Translations under genes and position numbers: made by a program
Assembly (NCBI GenBank): GCA_040437565.1
Contig: JBDOQK010000064.1
Coordinates: 124,001 to 188,000, forward strand
DNA from: Albugo candida
Taxonomy: Eukaryota
Direction: 5' to 3'
Length of the DNA: 64,000 bases
The notes under the pieces: generated by a model
The model's input: the letters and a program-made list of their open reading frames with translations, nothing else
What the model was told of the DNA's origin: nothing
Databases searched by the model: none
Part shown: positions 1 to 12,711 of the stretch, piece by piece
Numbering within the stretch: the first letter of the stretch is position 1
How the letters are laid out: the number at the start of each line of letters is the position of its first letter

Positions 1-3000
1 CGGTTGTTTGATCGGTTCCGTGAGCGGTACAATGCCAAAGGAATGTCGCGAGCATTCGTAACAATCGATCGATCGGACGAATCGGACGATCTTCCGCGTT
101 CAAAGTCTCGCAACAGCGCTCCAAACGATTCATACAATTCTGCACAAACTCTTGCCATACTTCGCGTCGAACGAGTTTACTTCCCGTGTGTGTGTGAAGA
201 TAAATGAGATACTTACAAGCCAGGACGCAAACATCATCGTCGATAGCGTTTTGAGCGACAGCAAACAGCGATTCCAAGCCTTGAAGGTCTAACGTCTCGA
301 CCTGGAACGCTGTTTCCGTTCCACGTAAGCGCTTTGCATGAACGAGACGAAAAAGACGCTCAAAGACCCAAAATCCACACACTGAAATATCCAAAGACGA
401 AAACCAAACATTCTCAACGTCCAAAGTCGAATTCGATGTGAGTTGGGCGTTGAGTGTGTGGAAAAAGTGAGAAATCGTGTCCGAGGAGAGAAATAAATCG
501 TTGAATTCGGATGAGATGGACGACGGAAGCATGTGATACAGCCACGAGAGGAAGACTTGCTTCTCACTGGAGCGTATGAGATCCCAAATGCCCGAAATGG
601 AGCTGAATTGGATGTTCTTAACACCGAGCTTTTGGATGAAATAGCCCAAGTACCAAAGTCGTATGTGGAACGCGACGTCCACGTACNNNNNNNNNNNNNN
701 NNNNNNNNNNNNNNNNNNNNNNNNNNNNNNNNNNNNNNNNNNNNNNNNNNNNNNNNNNNNNNNNNNNNNNNNNNNNNNNNNNNNNNGACTTGCTTCTCAC
801 TGGAGCGTATGAGATCCCAAATGCCCGAAATGGAGCTGAATTGGATGTTCTTGACACCGAGGTTTTGGATGAAATAGCCCAAGTACCAAAGTCGTATGTG
901 GAACGCGACGTCCACGTACTCGGCCGCCGCTATGAATCGCTCCAATTCTTTCCAAACAGCATCCATCAATCCACTTTTCTTCATCAGAAATCCTGCGACA
1001 ACATTCGATTCCGTGTCGCGAGAATGCACCGAAATCGATGAGAAAGTCTGTGGATCGTTCGGTTTTGATGTCTGTGCGATGACAATTGCGTACAGACGTT
1101 GCGATATCTTTGCACACGCGTCACGCTCATTCCATAATGGAGCGAATGCGTCAAAGTCTGCAGTGTTTGCTTCCAGCATTCCATGGAGAACGCTCAGTGC
1201 TGTGACGACCTCGCGGCTCTGTTGGACGCATTCAACAGCTTCCATTACGTACTCGAAGACGAGTTGTTGCTGTTCTTTTGCAGCGGTTTTCGATCGATCC
1301 GCCAGTGTTCCCGGTGTCGGAGACACCCAAATACGATGCAAATAGCATAAAATGGTAGCGAATGCAGCTCGACAATCCCTTCCAAAGCGTTCCAAGCTCG
1401 AATTCCGATACGATTCTTGTGCTTGTTGCATGACACAATTCCAAAGTAGCGAACAGCAAAGCGAAATCACTTTATTCAGTGTCTCCATTTCCTTTTGAAT
1501 CGCTTGGACGGACAATTTGAGTTTGTTGTAACGCGCTGGCATCAGTGAATACGATCGTTTCTGTCCGACTTCCATGTCGATCGTTTGTCGGGACGCATAG
1601 ACAATCACTTGCACGAGAAATTGGACTGTTATGTCGTCGTACTCGTTGACAGGAATCTGAGTGAGAAGCACAGCGACAATATCCAGTAAATCGGCATTTC
1701 CAGCGCTTTCCACGACGGAGAGAATCATTTGGAGGAGAAATTTACGATCTGTGCGAAGCTGTCCGACTGCTGTTCTCCAAAGTAGCAACAAATGCGCTTC
1801 TGTCAGCAGATCGAGACTCCCTATCGTCTCCAAAAGCGTCCTTGCTCGTTTCATTATCTCCAAATGCCCGCCATCCTGACGAAGACCGTGTTGCTTGCAG
1901 GCTCCGGGATCGCCGAGTATCACTTCCAGTACTTGAGAGTGCGTGAGCCATTCGCCAACGATACGATTTCGAACGCTGATAGCGTCCGATTGCTCGCTAT
2001 TGGATCGAGAGAGATCACTCGATGAGGATACTTTGCGACTTAAACTTTGCCGCTTTTGACCCAAAGAATCTCTTTTCAATGCGGCCGCGTTGACAATTTC
2101 CGTAAGACAACTCAATCCGCTTAAGCGTTGTTGTAAGAACGGACAACAGATCAGTTGTTTGGCTAATTCCAACTCAAAGAGCTCATGTATCGCTGTGAAT
2201 GGAAGACGCTCCTCAGCATCGCGTCGAAATAGCTCCATCCGTTTGGTTGTGTCTGTGAGAGCGTCTGCATCCCGTACGTTGTCATCCACACGAAATAGCT
2301 CGTCATCTGCATACACAACTTGCAGCTTTTTCAATAGATAATGTATCAGTTCCATTTCGTCGCGAATTTCCAATGCACTGAGTCTCGAGAGTCGACAGTA
2401 TATCGCGTGGCGATACTGACACAAAAACGTGCTTGGAGTCGATTCTTCGCCCGAGTGCGTGAGTTTCTGCAGGTGAGGCTTCATGTTCTCTAGTAACAAA
2501 AGGTGTAAAGCGATCTCATCAAGTGTGACGCTGTCCTCTGCCACGCGATGAAGGAGAAGCGGAGGTCCACGATGCTGAAGGAATAGATCCACCAGAGCGA
2601 TATAATACGATGAGCGAGTCGGATGTCGAGAGCTTTTCAGACAGTTTCCGAAGGTGTGGACAATGGAGTCAGCTTCAGAGTACTTTGCGTAGAAATACGC
2701 ACAGCTTTCGTGGCCGTTGAGGAGGATACGAATCAGACAAAAGAGCAATTGCTGTATCGATTTCAGATTTCTCATTCGTTCCGTTGTCTCGCCAGACGAC
2801 GGGCTTTGATGGCTGGCAACATCTAAATTGTGTGATTGGAAGTAGGTCGATAGAAGCAGAAGCAACGGTGTGGACTTTTGGAGCACTTGCTGATGGAGTT
2901 GATGCATCGCTGGGATGAGATCGACGCTTGTATACTGAGAAACGAGTGATTTCTCCACGAATGGAAGCAGCACCTTTGCCAGATACACTTTTGTGGTCGA

Positions 3001-4198
3001 GAAAGAGCTTTGCTCGAATTTGAGATCCAACTTTTCATTCTGCGACGAAAGCTCACGAAAATGACGAAAAAAACGATTCTCCATCTCCTGTTGTGTCAAT
3101 TGTATACCGCTGATCCCATTCCGCAGATCCCACACACTTCCTTGTTTTCGCATTGTCGGGTACGTCGGTGCCAACTGAATAAACGTATGCGTCCCGAGTT
3201 TCGCTGTTCGATTGGTTACCCGCGAGCCATACATTGATTTCTTGGTTCCAGTGACCGGATAGAGCGTCAAAACTTGTTCCTGTGGGCGTTTTGCACCCCA
3301 TGACGATATGGAGACTCGGACTTGATTTGCTGATTTGTGCACAATTTGGCCAATTTGCCATTTCGACGTATTTTGATCATAGACATCGATCCATATTCCG
3401 ATTTCCTGACTCTGTAGTGTCCAATTGGATGAATTACAGTCTTCAACGCTCGTTCGATGATAGCACAAGTAGGACTGGAAGCTGGTGAGGTCTTTGTCTT
3501 TTTCCAGCGCTTCTGCGTGTGTATCGAAAATCGAAAGGAATTGGAGCCGTGTGGTTGATAACTGCTTGGTGTCGTGTACTATATAGATCTCCTTGATGGG
3601 TAGTTTGTCGGAAATGGTGTCATACGCTTTGAGGTCTTCTTTGGAGGCTTTCGAAAGCTCTAAATGCCAAGATTGAATTTCAGCAAATGAATGACGTCGA
3701 TACCATAGATAAACACCATTGATTGGATCAATAGCTTTTTCTAATTTCACCNNNNNNNNNNNNNNNNNNNNNNNNNNNNNNNNNNNNNNNNNNNNNNNNN
3801 NNNNNNNNNNNNNNNNNNNNNNNNNNNNNNNNNNNNNNNNNNNNNNNNNNNTTTTCTAATTTCACCCAATAAACATTGCGTTCAGTGGTTCGTGCTGAAA
3901 GTGGATTGGTTGATCCCACATAAAGCGCTGTGATGCCATCGGCCGGATGCCTTTCCGAATTTGACGGTGTTGGAGGATTGTTTTTGCACTCGGATTCGGT
4001 TGTAGAGGAAGCGTCTGCTTTGATATCCGCTTTTGAGCCAGGTATGTCTTGGTGACAAGCGTATTTATACCATAAGTACGTCTTCGGTGCGATTTCTGCT
4101 GCAATTCCGTTCGGAGTTGTAACGCGATGATAATCTCCGCCAACGACAAGTGCATTGTCATAGGTGATTTCTAGTGCATGTAAATACTCATACCGCAT
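1..4198 (-). CDS. USP9X/USP24/USP34-like deubiquitinase, N-terminal part (runs off window start); N-terminal MABP-like and Tudor-like segments
   Basis: ORFs 3728-4252 and 289-3750 join once the gap overlaps are collapsed, and the frame then continues (KQVFLSWLYHMLP...) towards position 1. Motifs ELELAKQLICCPFLQQRLSGL and EWLTHSQVLEVILG..HLEIMKR..LLWRTAVG resemble the ARM region of FAF/USP24/34. First ATG is at 4198; the catalytic domain is not in the window. Confidence 0.7.
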
Positions 4199-4427
4199 AT
4201 CGAAAAAGCTTTTATTGTGCGAATTTGCGTCTCCTTTATCGTTTTTTTCCACTTATCGTGAGGCTTTGGACCTTATACTCACGTGATTCATCTCATTGGT
4301 GTAAATTCATTTAGAGATTTTCTACGAAGCCGTCTATCTATCGTTAATTACATAAGTGTATTTGTTTTTGGAACTGACATTCGAAGGGACAAAAAGACGG
4401 AAGAGGAAGAAGAAGCGCGCGTTTATA

Positions 4428-5180
4428 ATGAGCTTTGCAGATATTGCGAAGAACCACACGTCCGGTTACGGTGAAAACAGCGTAGAAGCTAATGGATTGA
4501 GTAGTTTTAGGAACAGTACACAGCTAGGAAAAGCCAGTACGAATCAAAATAAACAAGCGCTTGAGACTGCAACGTTTAAATTGGAGCAATTTCAGCGCCA
4601 AACTATCGCGATCAAGCGCTTAGCGGGGAACATGCATTCCATTAATGCGGACGTACACGATCGAATTCGATTTGCGATGCTTTTGCAGGGTGAGATAGCC
4701 GACGCGTTACAGCGAATTCCTCAGACTCCGTCGCACACTTTGGTGAAAAGAAAATTCTGCAAGGATTTTCAGATTGTATCGAATCAATTGGAAGCTGCAG
4801 TGAAGGAAATCGCCGCTTTCGAACAAACACAGCAACAGAATCTGAAGAGGCATCTGATTGGTACGCAGCTACTCGATCAAGATCACAATTGTTTGCAGGT
4901 CGAACACGACGGACAGACTTTGGAATTTCAAGCATTAGAGCAAGATATCGTACAGAATGAAGCGATTATCGAAGAAAGAGAAAGAGACATTGCAAAGATT
5001 CATCAAAGTGTGGCTCAAGTGAATGAGATATTCCGAGATTTAGCTGCGATTGTGGAAGAGCAGCAAGTTACTGTCGATACAATCGAGACAAATGTCGGAG
5101 AAACGCTTGTCAAGACGAAGCAAGGATTAGAGCAAGTGCGGAAAGCAGCAGATTCTCAACGCACGTGCTCTATCCAATAG
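4428..5180 (+). CDS. Syntaxin (Qa-SNARE, syntaxin-7/Pep12-like) without TM helix, ending in CaaX (CSIQ)
   Basis: SNARE motif IEERERDIAKIHQSVAQVNEIFRDLAAIVEEQQVTVDTIETNV, helical Habc-like region, ATG at 4428 (MSFADIA). Confidence 0.88.
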   Translation: MSFADIAKNHTSGYGENSVEANGLSSFRNSTQLGKASTNQNKQALETATFKLEQFQRQTIAIKRLAGNMHSINADVHDRIRFAMLLQGEIADALQRIPQTPSHTLVKRKFCKDFQIVSNQLEAAVKEIAAFEQTQQQNLKRHLIGTQLLDQDHNCLQVEHDGQTLEFQALEQDIVQNEAIIEERERDIAKIHQSVAQVNEIFRDLAAIVEEQQVTVDTIETNVGETLVKTKQGLEQVRKAADSQRTCSIQ

Positions 5181-8100
5181 ATTGTTATGGCAATGATTTC
5201 CGCGTGTACGTAATCACTTTCAGCGCCAGTCCGTTGTCGTTGCATCTTTCCACAGACGTTCGATGCTCTCATGAAAGGAAAGGTTTGCTTTGGATGCAGT
5301 AAATATACCCAATTGTGATAGGTTGTAGGAATGCGCCGTAAAGTGAATCAATCAATCAATCATTGCTGGTTTGTAATGTACTCGCCGATCCTTCACAGCG
5401 TTGGGAACCATAAAGGAAGCATTATAAGGTTTTCATTACTTGAATGTGTCCTTCTGATTGGTTTAAATTATCAAATATAAGCCATAATATAATGTGATCA
5501 CATCGAATAGCTGAACATTCACTCACACAATTAAAATGCCGACCACGGATTTGATACTAAAGCTGCAAGGTATCCGTTTGGTCGGAAAATGTGACTCCAC
5601 GATCACATCGTGTCTTTGATCTCGTCTTTAGGTGGTCATATTCGATAGTTTCGGACGATGATGCAAACAAATGGTATGGTATTTTTACTGATTTCATACA
5701 TAGTTTGCAGATTGAAAATCACGAAAAATTATTGCGGTAGATGGGAAGAAAGCGGATGGGAGATGTCATTTCGCAGCATGTCTACAGACACTTTTGTACT
5801 TCGGATTGTTGCTTCGGAATGTTCTAGTGGTTACTGGACAAAGTGCTAGAAGACAGTACATTCACAGTCAGAATTCAGAGTGAAGTGCTCATTCCGAATG
5901 CTTTAAGCTCACCGCGCTTTCAAAGCGCAAAGTCGCTACATTATCTAGAATAATCTTCAGCCGCTCTTACTTTCCACCCACGATCATAAATTTCATATCA
6001 GATCCTCGAATTTCCAGGCATATAGTTACCTTCTCATACACTTGGATAATTCGATTTGCATTTGATACTTTATATTTGAATTGCAATACGATACCCACAA
6101 TAGTCGATCGCTCGCAGACGTGAAAATGCATCATAAGTAGCTCTTCCCAAATTTGACTTGGGATTTGATGGTATGGTACCGTGTATCTAGCGACCTGCAC
6201 TTATAGCGCCTTCACGTGATGTGGTATCTTGCGTTCATCAGTGCACGATGGTATCAAAGTAGACGCAGACCGCATCAGTTGATGGGAATGAGCGCGGCGA
6301 GCGCCAAATACTGTCTTTTATTCCACCCAAATCGGCATACCGGATGAAGCGCACACTTCTATCACTCATTTTTGACCGCTGGTAGCGATCGGAGGATCTA
6401 CTATTACTAAACGCGGGAGAATGTTGCAATCGACGATAAGTATGCATGCATGCTCTTAACGTGTGGAATCGAATGCGACTGTGACTGGTAGCTTGCGGTA
6501 GATGAAGCATACATAACAGCTTGAGAATTTGATAGCTGTGAGATATAGCCCATTTTGAAGCACTCAATTCGCATAAGTAAAGACGCGATGTAAAAGCATT
6601 CGGCGGACGGCAGAGTGAGTCGTGATTGCTTCTCGTTTTTATAATCGTGATGTAAGAATCGGTGCATGCAACAACATGTAGCAGTCTATCTATTTTCAAA
6701 GGAATTGGTTGAATGCTTCGCTTAGCTTACCATTCGTTTCACAGCTTCAAATGGATAAGTCATTGGGCGCTTATTGATAACCATATCCCCTCCTTGCGCA
6801 TACACTTACAGGTCCTTCACGTTTGTGATGAACACTATCTCCATACGTNNNNNNNNNNNNNNNNNNNNNNNNNNNNNNNNNNNNNNNNNNNNNNNNNNNN
6901 NNNNNNNNNNNNNNNNNNNNNNNNNNNNNNNNNNNNNNNNNNNNNNNNCTCTTAACGTGTGGAATCGAATGCGACTGTGACTGGTAGCTTGCGGTAGATG
7001 AAGCATACATAACAGCTTGAGAATTTGATAGCTGTGAGATATAGCCCATTTTGAAGCACTCAATTCGCATAAGTAAAGACGCGATGTAAAAGCATTCGGC
7101 GGACGGCAGAGTGAGTCGTGATTGCTTCTCGTTTTTATAATCGTGATGTAAGAATCGGTGCATGCAACAACATGTAGCAGTCTATCTATTTTCAAAGGAA
7201 TTGGTTGAATGCTTCGCTTAGCTTACCATTCGTTTCACAGCTTCAAATGGATAAGTCATTGGGCGCTTATTGATAACCATATCCCCTCCTTGCGCATACA
7301 CTTACAGGTCCTTCACGTTTGTGATGAACACTATCTCCATACGTGCAATTTTTTTGACGTACTCAGAAAGCGGAACGATCTCAAACGAAGAAACCTGCTT
7401 CAATAGTGGTAGTGGCGGTATATGTGAAGTCGACCTGCGTACATGACATGAAGCATCTCTACTGCATATTGGAGCGCATTTAGGTAGCAATATAACGTAG
7501 CACCCATTGATCAGATTTTGATAGTCTTGGAAACAAAATATCGCTTATTTTAGTCTCAAGAAGTCAAGTATCGAAGGAAATCAAGCACCTGTAAAAAGGG
7601 GTAGCTTCTACGGCAGGATGAAGCAATACGTCATGCAATACTATGTATCCGGATGAGAAAGTCTTCGTCGTTTTGGACGTTATTGCTTCCCTGATATGTT
7701 CGGACACGACATGCACGAAAGTTTACTCCACTGGTCTCACCAACCAGAATATCTGCGTTGGGACGAGTCCGCTTGAATGCATCGTGACTATCCGCTGCCC
7801 CAGCATCGATATAACGCCAATACTCGCAATTTTCTTCCCTAGCTTGCTTTGAATACGAGCAAGTAAGGATCGTGGCGACATATCGCCACTTCATCAGCGC
7901 TACATTCCGCTTTGGCCAAAAATATTGCAGAGTGTTCTGTTTTCATCTGGCAGATTGATAGTCTAGTCTGGAACCAGTGAACATACGGGTGTACGATTAT
8001 GACAGCTTGACCTCACATATGTATATTCGCAAACATTATCACCCTACCACGTCGGCTGCTGATCTGCTTTCAATTTGTGATTCACCCGCTCTGATGTAAG

Positions 8101-9952
8101 TTCGCATGCGGGGCAAATCGTTAGCTACACTTGTGTCAAGGAAAATCCTTCAACTATTGATTGTAACGATCATGCTGATTCTGTGCGTGTCGTTATCGAT
8201 CATATGGGCTGAAGCCCACGATAACTACTACATGTATATTTGTCCTCATGGAATCAGCGTGTGTTGTTCTCCTACTGTGGTGGTTGTGATACGCATTTTT
8301 CCTTCAAGTTTTTCCAAGGCCAAAAGCTCAAAATCATCATAATATCGTCATTTTAGATGCGTGATACGTAAGTCGGTATTCATCACACTAATTCGAACAC
8401 ATGTAAGAAATCTTGCAGCACGGTGTTCTGGCAAATGGCTGCCTCAAATCCATCTGAGTCGACATTACATTCATGTACTTTCAAGTGCAAAGTGGGATAA
8501 TATCAAATACATTTCCATTGGTGGCTGTAAAAGTTCCTTCTGTACTGCAATCGATTGTCAGAAGGTATCTCAGTAGTATAGAGCTTGTGGAAGTCGATTT
8601 GTGGTTCGTGCGTAAAAGCATATGAAGAAGGAATCCTCACCTCATGCAGTGAAAACAGAAACACGGCTAGGTGTACCGTTTTCTTACATACAATTTTGCG
8701 GAAATAGAAAGATTGTACATGTCAAAACGATAGGCGTTGGATTTGCTTCCCGATGCCGTTTGCTGAGTAGTAGCAAATGCCAGACGATCTCTTGTCTAAA
8801 TTATCTCTGAAGCTTTTTCAATCGGAAGAATTGCGCGCCATACATTGAATAATGCAAACTTTTCAATACCACCCTTAAGCTCATATATCCTATAAAACGC
8901 GGAGCCTTCAACATTACCAGAAATCATGCGCAGTGTCTTCAATTCTGCCCGCAATCGCATGGTTTATACTATTCCGACCATGTCCCGATCCACTTGGTCA
9001 ATCTTGCATTTCTCGAGTCGTTTGGGCGTCTATGCATCACAATGTCGGCTTCTGAATGGGGATCATTTAATTTGTCAGAAATCTAGCTGGAATGATGAAT
9101 TTTATGGTTTTCTCTGATAGAAGAGCTTACTATTATAGAGCATTTATGCGGTATGGCTTCTTGTGAATATCTGGCTCAATTGCGACACAATTACAAGGTT
9201 GCGGATACTTTGTGAGGCATTGGTCAAACAACAGCAGTCATAGCTGCATGGATGACTTTGAAACTCAGGTGACGTGAGTTAACTGCTCACCTTCGAATTA
9301 TTTTGTGCAGTACTAAACGTTGCGTCAAAAGCTGTCTTCTTTCCACCAAAAAATGGCGTCTATTTGGAAGCATGCGCTACTTACTATCCATCTCTTTTCT
9401 TGCATACACCATGATAGCTGATTTGGGGGATCGACCTAATCGATAAAGACTGTCAACCATTTTTGATATACAGACATCATCCGTATCGTTTTTATACCAC
9501 TGGAGATGCACACGCATACGAGAAGCTCTTGGGATGACTTCCTTTCAGCAAATTAGATTCATCTTGGAGGAGCTTTGTTCAATGAAAGAAGTCTTCCACG
9601 TTTTTATACAGTCTCCGACATCTTGCAGTTGCACACCTTCATTACAAACTTGGATAAGCTTTACGTGTCTCAATTAAAGAGATTTTCAATCCTGGGTAAG
9701 GGTGATACATCCGTCTCATTTCTGCGAGCGGATACAATGGGGATAGTGGATTGTGGCCGTAGTTTTATTGTATGGTTTCACTGGCACTGATATGCTTATA
9801 AAAAGACTAAAAGACAAGAATCAATAATGATCACTTTGTAATGCAAAAAAAACATATCGTTTTGAGAAACTCATGCTAATTAAATGCAACTTGGTTCCCT
9901 ATCCTTTTGATGCGTTGCACAAATTCATGCCTTCTCAGTGACCTTTGAAAGT

Positions 9953-11941
9953 TTAGTTTCGAACGCCTTCTTTATTCATTTTTCTAATTCTCGCCTGAGT
10001 GAAACCTAGAGCATTTGCAACAACATTGTAACTTGATGGTTGGGGATATAAGCCCATCTCGGTGAATCCGTAAGAGATGACTTTGATAGAATGATGATTA
10101 ATACGAGGGCACATGAATTTGACATGTTCATACTTGAAATGACTTGTAAGTATATACCCTGATTCAGCTGAGAGAGCGTACGTATTGCTCACTTTCGCAA
10201 TGCAGAATGCCGTTTCTTCGAATTTATCCTTCGACATGGGATCTGCAATATTGAACTGGATAAACCAAACAAAGTCTTTTGATGTTTTAGCATGAAGATA
10301 TTTGACAGCATCATGGAGCAATACTGTTTTTCCTGGAGAGTCTGGAGAAGAGACAAGAAAGCTTTGAGGCGGCACTGTAGACATCTTTGTATCTTCTAGT
10401 CCAACTCGCTCTATCAATCCCAAAAGCTTACACATTGATTTGGAGAGACCTGATATCCATTCACACAATTTCCAACAACTGATTGCTATTTCGTGCACAT
10501 CTACAGCATTGGAAAAGAATAGGAGACTGCTTCGAGTTGAAGTCGGTCGATGTTCGAACTCTACTTTAGAGGTTTTGATCGCAGGACTTTGAAGTATGCA
10601 ACCTACACATGTTTTTTTAGAGGCGAAATAGCCTTTCCCGACTGAGAGGTCGACGGAAGGACTTTTTTGTTCGTTCGCGCTGTTTTCTGGGGACTGCTGC
10701 ATGCACTGATATGTAGCTATCCGTCTTTTTTCAGGAGAAGTTGTGCTAGATGCTGCGCTTTCACTAGCAGACGATGGTGAAAGTTTGAAATTGGACAAGT
10801 CACCGGGCAGTCTACCTGGATTCTCATCGATCTTTTCACAATAACCCAGACGTTTACATTCTTGTAGTTTTTGCTTCGTACTTTCTCTCACATACATATG
10901 AAAATGCCGTGCAGTTTCTCTTACGTACTGGAAATCCAAACCGACTATAGAATCAATACAGTGTACACAGGCTTCCATTTTATTGTCCATGTGGGTCACT
11001 TGAAGCTCGAAATAGGGAAAGTCAGGGAAACTGGCAGAATCTGAGGACTCTGAATGGATAGACGCGTAAAGACTGACTACAAGGCAATCCTTTTTAGACC
11101 CCCATCCAATGGTCCCACATGAGCTCTTACAATTCTCTTCTACTTTCTCACGTGTTTCGGTTGTAGTGTATAGCGCAAATTGGTAGTCGTTCGATCCAGG
11201 TGTAGAAACAAAGTATCTCTTGTCCTCATCTCCAGGAGCCAAGCATCGAAAGCAGCCAAGCATCCATATTTCGGGTAGGTAGTTCGGCAGTAATAAGCAA
11301 TGCGTCGTATCTTTTCCTATATCAGAATGATGAGGTCTCTGCCTTTCTGGGAAATTATTGCTTCTCTTATTTGTGCCACCACCATATGCAAGTTCATTGC
11401 CTTCGCTGCTCTCACCAGCCGAAACATGTGCGCCATAACTGATCCGCTCGTGACTATCGGATGCTCCAGAATCGATATCAACGCCAAACAGCCGCAATTT
11501 CTTCATCTCACGCTTGCTTTGAATGCGAGAAGATTGGACTCTTCTCGACATATCGCCCCGTGCATCCGCACTCCCTTCCGCTTTCGCCAGAATATTGTAT
11601 AGCTTTTTGTCTTCAACTGGCACATTGAATTTCTGGCCCTTAATTAAAGTACATTTGTTCTTCACATCATGACAGTTTGTCCGGATGTACCCGTACGGTA
11701 TATCGTCAGTGATTTCCGCGAACATCTCTAAACTAACGGGCTGCTGATATGGTAAGCTTTCGCTGTTTTGGTTGAAAAATCCAAACGTAAAGTTTGCATG
11801 CGGGACAAATCGTTGAAGACATTTGCGACAAGCCAAACTTTTTTCGTAACTGGCCGAAACAGTTATTTTGACTTCGTAGCCGCTGGAATCAGACAAGTGG
11901 TAATCACTGATAAGAATTGCTAGAGCTATACTCGTCTTCAT
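9953..11941 (-). CDS. Secreted CCG/CHxC-class effector candidate with several CxxC modules (~662 aa)
   Basis: Signal-peptide-like MKTSIALAILISDYHLSDS, then CRKCL, CFRCL..CKSSCG, an exact CxxCxxxxxG (CVHCIDSIVG) and CVGCI..CWKLC. Intronless, in a gene-sparse region. Confidence 0.75.
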   Translation of the reverse strand: MKTSIALAILISDYHLSDSSGYEVKITVSASYEKSLACRKCLQRFVPHANFTFGFFNQNSESLPYQQPVSLEMFAEITDDIPYGYIRTNCHDVKNKCTLIKGQKFNVPVEDKKLYNILAKAEGSADARGDMSRRVQSSRIQSKREMKKLRLFGVDIDSGASDSHERISYGAHVSAGESSEGNELAYGGGTNKRSNNFPERQRPHHSDIGKDTTHCLLLPNYLPEIWMLGCFRCLAPGDEDKRYFVSTPGSNDYQFALYTTTETREKVEENCKSSCGTIGWGSKKDCLVVSLYASIHSESSDSASFPDFPYFELQVTHMDNKMEACVHCIDSIVGLDFQYVRETARHFHMYVRESTKQKLQECKRLGYCEKIDENPGRLPGDLSNFKLSPSSASESAASSTTSPEKRRIATYQCMQQSPENSANEQKSPSVDLSVGKGYFASKKTCVGCILQSPAIKTSKVEFEHRPTSTRSSLLFFSNAVDVHEIAISCWKLCEWISGLSKSMCKLLGLIERVGLEDTKMSTVPPQSFLVSSPDSPGKTVLLHDAVKYLHAKTSKDFVWFIQFNIADPMSKDKFEETAFCIAKVSNTYALSAESGYILTSHFKYEHVKFMCPRINHHSIKVISYGFTEMGLYPQPSSYNVVANALGFTQARIRKMNKEGVRN

Positions 11942-12711
11942 GGAATAAGTAAAGAAGTGGGGTTTTCTATTGCGATGATATGGGCACGCAATTGCTTCTA
12001 CTTCTTGAGTGAACCCATCATAGACATGCAGTAAATAGGGGTGTCTTTTTTTCCTGCTGATACTGATATTGCTTCTATTTTTCAGGAACTTCGAACAAAG
12101 AAAATCATTATTCAACCCCCGCCTTTTCTTTGATCAGCCCCCACCCTTCATAAATTAATAGACTGATTGGAAATCGTGGCTTCTGATTGGTCTAAATTGA
12201 TACAATATAAGGTGTTTGTACGCTGATTGTGCTGGCACCAGTTACATCTCAGGTCATCTACTCTCAGTGGATTTAGTAGCTCGCCTTGCCTGCGAAGGCC
12301 AGCTTGCTTTCATTGTTTAGCAAAATGCGAAGCAGCGGCTGTAGTCAAAACGCAGCCTGATTTCATGCTCTCAGAGGTGATGAGAAAGATTCTAGTAGCA
12401 GGTATGCGCACAGCTCATCGCAGTACCAGCATCGGCTTAGTGTCAAGGGTTGTAGACTTTGACTAAGTGCAAGTAATTGCAACCACGTATCATTAAGTGC
12501 AACGAACTACAGCTTCAATTCACTTGTGACATCTACATTGGGCTATTCTTGCGCCCATGCTTTCGATCATCAAGTGATACCACTGTCTCCTAATGATTTT
12601 GATCCGCATTGGTGGCTGGTACACCAAAAGAACCAACACCACATGCAGCGGTAGATTTACATATAGACCTAAATTAAATAATACAAAATTTGTAGAAACC
12701 AATTTTTTTAC

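Noticed and set aside
289-686. C-terminus of the 1153-aa ORF after the X run (TWTSRST...RSRR)
   Set aside because: It is a wrong frame caused by the arbitrary gap length; the real frame continues KQVFLSWLYH towards the window start.
6453-7344. Direct repeats around N gaps (also ~12.8-13.3, 14.7-15.65, 18.45-18.7, 24.5-25.6, 31.8-32.5 and 54.9-55.6 kb)
   Set aside because: Each abuts a fixed 100-N gap and is essentially identical, so these are scaffolding artefacts rather than LTRs or tandem repeats.
5600-9800. Many 60-150-aa ORFs
   Set aside because: No motifs, overlapping on both strands; consistent with chance or degenerate sequence.
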